The notes below the pieces were generated by a model, which saw nothing but the letters and a program-made list of their open reading frames with translations, ran no database searches and had not been told where the DNA came from. The translations under genes and the position numbers were made by a program. A DNA stretch of 64,000 nucleotides from a virus: the IMG/VR virus record IMGVR_UViG_3300033146_005950, positions 18,181 to 82,180 of that record. One strand, written 5' to 3'. Positions 47,798-56,097 of this stretch are shown piece after piece (the first letter of the stretch is position 1; every line of letters begins with the position of its first letter).

Positions 47798-48163
47798 CCT
47801 TTATTATATTATATTATATAGAAGCAAATTCTACAGAATTTTTTAGGAAACTGTAAGGATATTTTAATATCCTGAATGTTGAATAAAAAATGGTTCAGTT
47901 CCAATTTTATTTGGAACTATCTACAATTGTAAAAACTATTATAAATAAATTTTAAAAACTGTAGTTTATTTTAGTCAATTTTAATATTTTAAAGAACTGT
48001 AGTTTATTTTAATCAAATTTAGTTTATTTTAATATTTTAATCAAATTTAGTTTATTTTAATATTTTAATTAAATTTAGTTTATTTTATTATTGTTTGTTT
48101 CAGCTAAAGCTAAAACAAGTTCTGTAGATTTTAACAAGTAAAAATCTCCAGAAAATTATAATT
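47798..48163 (-). repeat. Structured non-coding element, copy 2, with an internal iteron-like tandem array
   Basis: Three hairpin blocks shared with 1..259; five TAGTTTATTTTA units in ~47960..48087. Confidence 0.9.
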
Positions 48164-48407
48164 TTTTATTTGATTTAAGTCTTTAAGTACTTTTATTAAA
48201 AATTTGAAATTTAAAAATTTAAGTATTTTAAAAATTTCAAAAATAAAGTAATTTCGATTTTTTAAACTTGTTTTAAAAATCTTGTTTTTAACTTGTTAAA
48301 AACAACAAATACAATTTTAATCTAATTGCTCGGTTACGGAATGAATAACAAAAAATAAATAGAAACAATATATTAAGTTAAAAATAATTAAAAATTATAA
48401 GGAAACA

Positions 48408-51400
48408 GTGAATATGTCAACAATTACAATGCCAAAAAATAAGTATACTTATATTACGCAATCTGGTTATAATTTAATTAAGCAAGCAGCAAATTTTGAT
48501 ACCGCAAGTGATAAATTAGACACAGCTGTAAAATGGTTTTTACCTGTTTATGACCAAAGAATTGATGAAATTGCACAGTCTTTATGCTTAAATGAATTTA
48601 ATGAACAACCATACGATAATAATAGATTAGAATTATTACAATTTCTTGAAGAACGATGCAGCGGATTAATTACAGAAGATGACCTATTTCTTTGGAATAA
48701 TGTATCAACATATTCATTAGATTATAATTCAAAATATATTTTAGGAGACTTAGATACAGCAGTTGATGCAAATAATGCTAAACATTTATTAAATGCACAA
48801 AACACTGAGAAAGTCCCATTAGTTAAATCTGGAGAAAAATATTTAGTCAATTCAGGTCGTAAAATATTTAAGTCCGATAATGCAACTTCAATTCATTATG
48901 AAGATGACAAATGGATTACAAATGGAGAGGATTGGGAGGAATTAGATTCTGCTGATACTCTTGACACATTTAATAGATTTATTCAAACTACAAATTCTCC
49001 TTATGGGCATTTACAAGTTCCTTCTGACTCTGACAGTTTATTTGATACTGTAATTTATTCAACAAAGAAAATAACTAATGACGAAGGAGACCCTGAAATT
49101 GTTGCGTCTTATAATATTAAATTTGACCAATCAATTGGAAATATACGATATAACAAAATTATTACATTTGTAAAAGTCTTGAATGATGACCAACTTGATC
49201 CTTCTTTAACTGCAAACTTTGTACCTTTCACGGTTACAGTTATTCCAGAAACAATGACAAAATCTGATTTAGTTGAAGATGGTGTAAATGAATTAAGTTT
49301 AGATATACAATTAAGTTATCTTTTAAATGATTATCAACAAACTAATTTAAATGTTGCTCTTGAAGATTCTTATTGGTCTCAAACAGAAGGTTTAACTGAA
49401 GGCGGAGTAAATAAATCAACTCAAGTCGCACAATATATTTATGACTCAGTTGTAATTTCAAATGATGCAGAAGCAAATAAATTAGATAGAGCAAGACTTA
49501 TTATTTCAAACAGAGCATTGACTTATGTTGATACAGATGAAGAAATAAATGGAAAACCTGTTGGAGTTTTATTTGAAAATAAACAAATAAAATTTGATGC
49601 AAATATGAACCCATCTGACCTTTATAATACTAAAATTGATTATTTTGGTTTTGGTATGGAAGGTAGAGAAAATAAAAATGACAGAGAAAATAATGATTTA
49701 TCAAATACAGTAAATGTTTATTTTCCTGCGTCTGGTGTTGGAGCATCTGAAATAATTCCAATAAATTATTTAGACCCTTCAAATTCAACTGATAAATTAA
49801 ATTTAGGTTCATCTGCAAATAGATTTAAACAGACTTTTACAAAAGAAATACAAACTGATTATTTGAAGCCTGATATAAGTTTGGGTTCAAACGCATACAC
49901 ATTTAAAGCCAACGGCGATTCATATGATATTTACCCAATTATTTTTGGGGCGAACACAGGATTTTATTCAATAATACCAAGCGGTGATTATAGACATCAT
50001 ATTGGAAGAGCCGGAGATAATTTTGATTTATCACCTGCATCGAGTGGCAATTTTAATAATTGGAAGGGCACAAATTCTGCAATATTTTCTATAATACATT
50101 CATATAATTTTGTTTCAGAAAAATTACTAACTCAATCAATTCGTTCTGTTGATTTTGATTATAGTTCAAATAGTTCCGCAACAAAAACAAAGGCTCAAGC
50201 AAAAGTAATGTTAGCAGGACATCTTGCCTCAGAATGGGCTAACTCTGGTGAAAAGACTGCTGATAATAAAGACTTTGCATATGATATTGGAATGTATGAG
50301 GGTGATGCCAGCACAAATGGTTTTTACCCCTTTAATAATATTTTTGGTAATAATATTGTAATAAATAATATTAAAGGTTCAATTGAAGCAGTGACTCCGT
50401 CAGGTTCCCCTGCTTGGATTAATATGCGTAGTGACATTACTCTTAATGGAGATTTATTAGCGGGAGAAGGTACTTGGTACCATTATGTTTCGCAAACTGA
50501 CACTTGGTCTGAACAAACTAAACGATATTCGTTGGGGAGTCTTACTGGGTATTTTGAAAATACATTTTCAAATTATATATTAACGAGCGGGTTATCAAGC
50601 TTAGATCCAAACTCAGATTATATTACAATAAATGATGATTTAATTCCAACAGGTTCAAAAAATTTAGGAAGCGCGACATCAGTGTGGGACAGTGTTTATG
50701 CAAATAATTTAATTATTTCAACATTAGATACAGATTTAATAAAAAGTTCTACGAATACATATGTAAGTATTGATGATGATTTCTATCCTTATTCAAATAA
50801 TACTTATTCATTAGGAAGCAACACAAAATACTTTTTAAATACATATTCATTAAATGTAAGAGCAGAAACTTTAGGTACGATAAATTCAACTGAAATTGAA
50901 GTAACGGATCATTTAGTGTCATCTCCCGCATCTTACGGGCACTCCCGTAGAAATTTAGGAAGTTCGGGCACTTACTGGGCTAATACTTATACAAATAATT
51001 TATATTCTGATACAGTTCATGTTGATTATATACATTCTAAAAATAATTCCAGCAACATTTACTTAAAAAATAATTTAGTTGCTTATACTGAGCCCGTTTT
51101 TGATACCGATAACAATGGGCATTTAACAGTGCAGGGCGGCGAGGTACTTGGCGGCGCCGGAGGCCATTATTTTAAATATATTGCTTCAAGGCTGTCTTAT
51201 ATTGAAGTATTAAATGCGACCAATGATATAAGAGGAAATGCTAATGATGGAACTAAAAAAGCAAAAGAAGCAAATTCAATAATGATAAACGGCGATTTAG
51301 TACCTTATAATTATATAGCAAAATCAAATAATTTCGCATTAGGTTCAAAAACAAGACCGTTTAATTCATTATACAGTGAAGCCTATTATACCCCTTTAAG

Positions 51401-52139
51401 TTTAAAATTAAAAGATGATGCTACAGATTTATTTCCTCAATTTATTACAGGAACTGTAAATATTATTTTTATTTACCCAAGTGACCATAGGGACAACACG
51501 AGTTATTTAACTGTGCCATTACATTTTGTAGGAACATTAATAAATGTATTTAACGCAGCTGGTCAGAGTACGAAACAAAAAGCAATTTATAATTTTAAAT
51601 TTCATACATTTGCAACAGTCGCTTGTTCAGTAAAAACTAATAATTATGTAAGAATGCGCCTTGATGTTTCTTCTTTTGTTATTGACCAAAAAATGCCATC
51701 TTTTAATTGGTTAGGTGGAATGCCTAAAGGCGAATTTGTAATTGATAATGTTGGTGCAAGACAATTTGAAGATGGCGGTGGTTATAAAAGAACTTCGTTT
51801 CACGGTCAGACAAGAGTTATAAGTGACGCCGGTACACACGATGAATGGGTGTTATATTATTTAGAGCGCACTGGTGTAGTACAAAATTCTCCAGATTATT
51901 TAATAAATTGGGGTGCTGGAGATATAAATCATTTTTCAATAAATAATGATATGTATGTTAACGGGAATATTGAGGACGGTTTGCCCATCGTTGAAGATGA
52001 TATTTATACTTGGGCTGACGACGGCAACGGCGATCATTACGCAACTGCATCAGATCACAACTCATATAATTATGATGAAATATCAGAACATTATGGGTTA
52101 TTTAGTGGAAGTTTTAATTATATGTTTGGTAGTGATTAA
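48408..52139 (+). CDS. Long tail fibre/baseplate-attached protein
   Basis: N-terminal YTYITQSGYNLIK fibre-attachment-like start; repeated D(L/F)xP....(Y/K)xLGS...(W/F)...Y motifs. Confidence 0.7.
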   Translation: MNMSTITMPKNKYTYITQSGYNLIKQAANFDTASDKLDTAVKWFLPVYDQRIDEIAQSLCLNEFNEQPYDNNRLELLQFLEERCSGLITEDDLFLWNNVSTYSLDYNSKYILGDLDTAVDANNAKHLLNAQNTEKVPLVKSGEKYLVNSGRKIFKSDNATSIHYEDDKWITNGEDWEELDSADTLDTFNRFIQTTNSPYGHLQVPSDSDSLFDTVIYSTKKITNDEGDPEIVASYNIKFDQSIGNIRYNKIITFVKVLNDDQLDPSLTANFVPFTVTVIPETMTKSDLVEDGVNELSLDIQLSYLLNDYQQTNLNVALEDSYWSQTEGLTEGGVNKSTQVAQYIYDSVVISNDAEANKLDRARLIISNRALTYVDTDEEINGKPVGVLFENKQIKFDANMNPSDLYNTKIDYFGFGMEGRENKNDRENNDLSNTVNVYFPASGVGASEIIPINYLDPSNSTDKLNLGSSANRFKQTFTKEIQTDYLKPDISLGSNAYTFKANGDSYDIYPIIFGANTGFYSIIPSGDYRHHIGRAGDNFDLSPASSGNFNNWKGTNSAIFSIIHSYNFVSEKLLTQSIRSVDFDYSSNSSATKTKAQAKVMLAGHLASEWANSGEKTADNKDFAYDIGMYEGDASTNGFYPFNNIFGNNIVINNIKGSIEAVTPSGSPAWINMRSDITLNGDLLAGEGTWYHYVSQTDTWSEQTKRYSLGSLTGYFENTFSNYILTSGLSSLDPNSDYITINDDLIPTGSKNLGSATSVWDSVYANNLIISTLDTDLIKSSTNTYVSIDDDFYPYSNNTYSLGSNTKYFLNTYSLNVRAETLGTINSTEIEVTDHLVSSPASYGHSRRNLGSSGTYWANTYTNNLYSDTVHVDYIHSKNNSSNIYLKNNLVAYTEPVFDTDNNGHLTVQGGEVLGGAGGHYFKYIASRLSYIEVLNATNDIRGNANDGTKKAKEANSIMINGDLVPYNYIAKSNNFALGSKTRPFNSLYSEAYYTPLSLKLKDDATDLFPQFITGTVNIIFIYPSDHRDNTSYLTVPLHFVGTLINVFNAAGQSTKQKAIYNFKFHTFATVACSVKTNNYVRMRLDVSSFVIDQKMPSFNWLGGMPKGEFVIDNVGARQFEDGGGYKRTSFHGQTRVISDAGTHDEWVLYYLERTGVVQNSPDYLINWGAGDINHFSINNDMYVNGNIEDGLPIVEDDIYTWADDGNGDHYATASDHNSYNYDEISEHYGLFSGSFNYMFGSD

Positions 52140-52206
52140 AAAAATATAAATAGAATTGATAAAAATAGTTTTAATTTTTTAATTTTTTAATAATTTTTGA
52201 AAAGGA

Positions 52207-52713
52207 GTGATAAATATGAAAATCACAAAAAAACAATTGCTTGATTTTAACCAGGCGTTCAATGTTCTCTCATCAACTGTTCAATCTAAAGTATTAGTTT
52301 ACAGTTTACTAAAAAACTCAAAATTAATTGCAGATGAAGCAGAAGCATTGAATAAAGCATTTGAAACAGATTCTGAAGAATATAAAGATTATATTCAAAA
52401 GACTCAAGAACTGTCTCAAAAATATGGGGATAAAGACGAAACCGGTGAACTTAAATTAACTGAAAATAAAATGGGTGTAATTGTTTCAGATCCTGAAAAT
52501 AAAAAGAATCTTACTGAAGAAATTAAAAAATTAGATGAAGATTATAAAGACGCCCTTGAAGCAAGAAATAAAGAACTTGAAAAATATAATGAATTATTGA
52601 GTGAAGAAATTGAAATTGATTTTAATAAAATCAAACTTAAAGATTTACCTGACACTCTTACTAATGATGCTAAGTTTGCCGTTTCTGTTTTAATTGATTT
52701 AATTGAAGAATAG
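52207..52713 (+). CDS. Hypothetical helical protein (DUF1617-like, often fibre-associated)
   Basis: YSLLKN.K...KYGDKDETGE...ELLSEEIEIDFNKIKL; TATAAATA at 52145..52152. Confidence 0.6.
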   Translation: MINMKITKKQLLDFNQAFNVLSSTVQSKVLVYSLLKNSKLIADEAEALNKAFETDSEEYKDYIQKTQELSQKYGDKDETGELKLTENKMGVIVSDPENKKNLTEEIKKLDEDYKDALEARNKELEKYNELLSEEIEIDFNKIKLKDLPDTLTNDAKFAVSVLIDLIEE

Positions 52714-52744
52714 AAACATAATTTAAGGTTTAAAAGATATAAAA

Positions 52745-53266
52745 ATGGGTTTTCCAAATACATCAAGAAATTCTAATTTTTTAGTTAGTATATCAAATAT
52801 ACCTGGTTTAACAAATCACAGGGCGTTTAAATATTTCGATAATTATATTCGCTCTGTTGATTTACCAGACTTTAGTTTAGATTTTGTTGAAAGTGTAATT
52901 TTAGATTATACAATTAATCACCCAATTTCTCAGAAGAACAATTCTTTATCTGAAATTACTTTAACGTTCAAACTATCTGAAGATTTAATGAATTATTTTT
53001 ATGCGTTTAGATATATACAATCTGTCCGTTATGGAAATAATGAAAATAAAGACGTTAGTGAGAAATTAGTTGATGATGTAATAAATTCAGTAATAGTGAC
53101 TGCTCTGGATAACCAACAAAGACCAGTTGCAAAAATTGAGTATAAGAATTTATTTATTTCAAATTTAAGTTCATTATCATTGGCTTATGGCGAAGATATG
53201 GAAAGTGAGTTTTCAATATCTCTTAAATATGAAAATATAATTATAAAAATTGAAGGAGATGATTAA
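52745..53266 (+). CDS. Tail completion/sheath stabiliser (gp3-like)
   Basis: SVDLPDFSL, ITLTFKLSEDLMNY, IEYKNLFISNLSSLSL. Confidence 0.8.
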   Translation: MGFPNTSRNSNFLVSISNIPGLTNHRAFKYFDNYIRSVDLPDFSLDFVESVILDYTINHPISQKNNSLSEITLTFKLSEDLMNYFYAFRYIQSVRYGNNENKDVSEKLVDDVINSVIVTALDNQQRPVAKIEYKNLFISNLSSLSLAYGEDMESEFSISLKYENIIIKIEGDD

Positions 53267-53269
53267 ATT

Positions 53270-53692
53270 ATGTATAAAGTAAATTTATCAAAAATAGCAA
53301 ATATAAGTGCGGTTCGTGAAACATTAAGGCGAATCGGCGTAGGAGATATGAAACGGAGAATACTTTATCAATCTTGCTATTTAGTAGAATTAGATTTTCC
53401 TGAAGCAAATAAAAAAGGTTGGTATTTAACTCATTTTAAAGAATTGTACGCATTATTACCTAATAAATTTGTTGATATGTTAGAAGAAGATTATCAAAGA
53501 TTAAATGTAATTGCAATGTTTTTAAAGAATTGGGATTTATGTGAAATTGAAGATGAATCTTATAAAGATATTGATTTGGAAGGCGCGCCATTTGTAACTG
53601 TAATAAAACATCACGATAAAGATGATTGGGTAATAGTTGAGAAAATTTCTTTGCGTGAATTAGAGAAAAATAAACATATTTTAAATTGTTGA
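53270..53692 (+). CDS. regA: Translational repressor RegA
   Basis: VRETLRRIGV......LYQSCYL, YLTHFKELYAL, D..R.N.IA..L..W.L, KDDW....K. Confidence 0.93.
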   Translation: MYKVNLSKIANISAVRETLRRIGVGDMKRRILYQSCYLVELDFPEANKKGWYLTHFKELYALLPNKFVDMLEEDYQRLNVIAMFLKNWDLCEIEDESYKDIDLEGAPFVTVIKHHDKDDWVIVEKISLRELEKNKHILNC

Positions 53693-53710
53693 TGAAACAT
53701 TAAAAAAAAT

Positions 53711-53748
53711 AAAATGGAATCTCAGTAAAAAATTGAGATTCCATTTTT
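53711..53748. terminator. Bidirectional terminator
   Basis: AAAATGGAATCTCA-GTAAAAAAT-TGAGATTCCATTTT between convergent genes. Confidence 0.85.
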
Positions 53749-53754
53749 GTTTGA

Positions 53755-54315
53755 TTATTTTTCATTAGGAATTATAATATCACATTTTAAATTCCAAAGT
53801 CTTTTAATATGAACCCAACTTTTAACGTACCAAATTTTATTTTTCTCCGGCATCCATTCAAGCGGCCCTTTACTACCTTTTTGTCTATTCAATGATGCTT
53901 TACAGGCGACAAGATGGTTTTCGTCTTTTAAATAATTTGCATATTCTTTTTTCTTTCTTTTGCTCCATCTTTTACCACCACTTTCAAATGCATTTTTCAA
54001 TGGGACTAAATGATCTATATCTAATTTTCTTGGGTCATAAATTGTATCACCTGAATAAGGGCAAACCCACGTACCTTTAATTATTTTAAGATCACCTTTT
54101 AAAATTAAACAAATTAAAGTGTCAGAAACATTTTCATCATACAATACTTTTTGTCTTGTATTTAAACTAATATTTACACCGTCTTTAACCGTGACCCAAT
54201 GAGACCAATTTTTCCTATTGTATTTTTCAATTGTTTCAGCGTTTAATTCAATATTATAAAATGAATTAAATGTAATGAGTATAATTATGAACAATTTTAA
54301 CATATATTTCTCCAA
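53755..54315 (-). CDS. HNH-family nuclease (DUF1524-like) with an N-terminal signal-like segment
   Basis: YNRKNWSHW, LDIDHLVPLKNA, NHLVA....NRQKGSKGP..W.P; hydrophobic LFIIILITF N-terminus. Confidence 0.85.
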   Translation of the reverse strand: MEKYMLKLFIIILITFNSFYNIELNAETIEKYNRKNWSHWVTVKDGVNISLNTRQKVLYDENVSDTLICLILKGDLKIIKGTWVCPYSGDTIYDPRKLDIDHLVPLKNAFESGGKRWSKRKKKEYANYLKDENHLVACKASLNRQKGSKGPLEWMPEKNKIWYVKSWVHIKRLWNLKCDIIIPNEK

Positions 54316-54391
54316 TTTAAATATATTAAAAAAGAGGGACTCAAAATCTGAATCCCACCCTTTTTAAAAAATAAAATTTTAATTAAAAAAT

Positions 54392-54751
54392 TTATTTAGC
54401 GTCGCGTTTTTTTGCAATTTTAGCAGCTCTTTTACCATTAGCAGATTTTGCATATTTTTTTGCTGATTTTTTGATTTGAGCTTTATGAGTTCTTGCATAT
54501 TTTTTTGCTTCTTTAGCTTTTTTCTTTTCATAAGCAGATAAAGACATTCCCGCTTTTTTTGCAGCTTCTTTCTTCTTCAACAAAGCTTCTTTCTTTTTCT
54601 TAGCAAGTTGGGCTTTAGTTTTTGCAACGGCTTCCTCATCAAGATCTTCGTTTTTATCGTCGTCCTTAACATTTTCTTCAGCAAAATCTTTTAACTCAGG
54701 CAAATAACTTGTTGCCTCTTCAATTAAATTTTTCATTAAATTACTCCTCAT
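54392..54751 (-). CDS. Putative internal head/core protein (acidic leader, highly basic C-terminus)
   Basis: LIEEA leader followed by a Lys/Ala-rich region; late motif upstream. Confidence 0.65.
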   Translation of the reverse strand: MRSNLMKNLIEEATSYLPELKDFAEENVKDDDKNEDLDEEAVAKTKAQLAKKKKEALLKKKEAAKKAGMSLSAYEKKKAKEAKKYARTHKAQIKKSAKKYAKSANGKRAAKIAKKRDAK

Positions 54752-54824
54752 ATGAATATAAAAATACTATTTTAATTTATTTATTTTTAAAAAATTAATT
54801 AAAGTTAAACAAATATATATTAAT

Positions 54825-55163
54825 ATGGAGAATACATATAAAATAAACACATTTAATAAATATAAGATTAATACATCAGTTGGCTTCAGACATTTTGAAG
54901 GTATTCAAAAATTATATAAAGAATGCTTAAAAATATCATTTGCTAATTTAGATAAAAATATCATTATAACAACAGACCAATTATTATGGAGTTTTAATAA
55001 ATGGGTAAAAGCTTCAGACTTAAAAGAAGGTGACTTAGTTGAAAATAATAAAGTAGGCTCAGTTGCAATAATAAAAATAGAAAATATTGGAGTTCAACCT
55101 GTTTTTGATATTATAAATTCAGATGTACAACATTTTACTACAGACGGGTTTACTGCGCATAAT
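54825..55163 (+). other. Split intein C-fragment (IntC, 113 aa)
   Basis: GFRHFEGIQK, WVKASDLKEGD, VFDI...HFTTDGFTAHN|C; no block-A N-terminal Cys segment. Confidence 0.88.
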
Positions 55164-55970
55164 TGTAGTTTTATTGGTTCTTCTAAAACATTGATAAGAG
55201 CTGATTTATTAGAAGGTTTAAGAGCTGAAGACCCGATTGAAGTAAGACTAAATTATAAATTAAAAATATTTACTGCTCCAATTGAAAATCATATTTATAT
55301 TTTAGGAGCGGATCCGTCAGAAGGAACTGGTAATGATAATTCTGTTATTCAAGTTTTAGATATTACAAATCCTAAAAAAATATTACAGGTCGCGACATTT
55401 TCAGATAATAAAACAGACCCTTATAAATTCTCAGATATTATTGTAGGATTATCTGAAACTTATAATAATGCTGAAATTGTCGTTGAAAGCAATTCTGTTG
55501 GAATTTTAGTAACAAATAGAATATGGAGAGATTTAGATTGCGACAGTTTAGTAAATATTTCTGAAAATGGAAAAGGATTAGGAATAAAAGCAACAAAGAA
55601 AACAAAAAAATTAGCAAATATGATTTTTAAACGTTTTGTTGAAAATAATTGGTTTTTAATAGTAAATAAAGACACAATTTCAGAATTAGGTAAATATGAA
55701 GAGCAAACAAACGGCAGTTATAAAGTACCAGAGCCCGACCACGATGACCAAGTCACTTCATTGATTTATATAATGTATTATTTAGAATCTGATTATAATG
55801 AGCATTCTGAAGTTTATGAATCGACAGAAATTGATAAAGAATTAAAAGAAGAGCTGAGTTTTGTGCCGTTATCAATATCAAGCTCAGATATTGAAGATGA
55901 CGAGAATAATGATTATGGGTATAATTATGACGGTTTTGATAACGGTCTTGATTATTTAAATGTTTTTTAA
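54825..55970 (+). CDS. Terminase large subunit C-half (nuclease domain, gp17-like) fused behind a split-intein C-fragment
   Basis: Residues 1-113 are Hint-like and end FTAHN. +1 Cys starts CSFIGSSKTLI, then YILGADPSEGTGNDNS, VVESN, HDDQV. No ATPase domain. Confidence 0.92.
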   Translation: MENTYKINTFNKYKINTSVGFRHFEGIQKLYKECLKISFANLDKNIIITTDQLLWSFNKWVKASDLKEGDLVENNKVGSVAIIKIENIGVQPVFDIINSDVQHFTTDGFTAHNCSFIGSSKTLIRADLLEGLRAEDPIEVRLNYKLKIFTAPIENHIYILGADPSEGTGNDNSVIQVLDITNPKKILQVATFSDNKTDPYKFSDIIVGLSETYNNAEIVVESNSVGILVTNRIWRDLDCDSLVNISENGKGLGIKATKKTKKLANMIFKRFVENNWFLIVNKDTISELGKYEEQTNGSYKVPEPDHDDQVTSLIYIMYYLESDYNEHSEVYESTEIDKELKEELSFVPLSISSSDIEDDENNDYGYNYDGFDNGLDYLNVF

Positions 55971-56097
55971 TATTTAATTAGAAGACAAGCTTTAAAAATA
56001 AATAGATACAATTACAGTTAGAATGATTTTTTAAAATTATTCAAACAAAGATATTGATTTAAAAAATAAAAAAATTTTATTATAAGGAGAACAAAGT

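Noticed and set aside
53755-54315. HNH gene as the homing endonuclease that fractured terL
   Set aside because: It is a DUF1524-type with a signal-like N-terminus, separated from terL-C by another gene, and no terL N-half lies on its other side.
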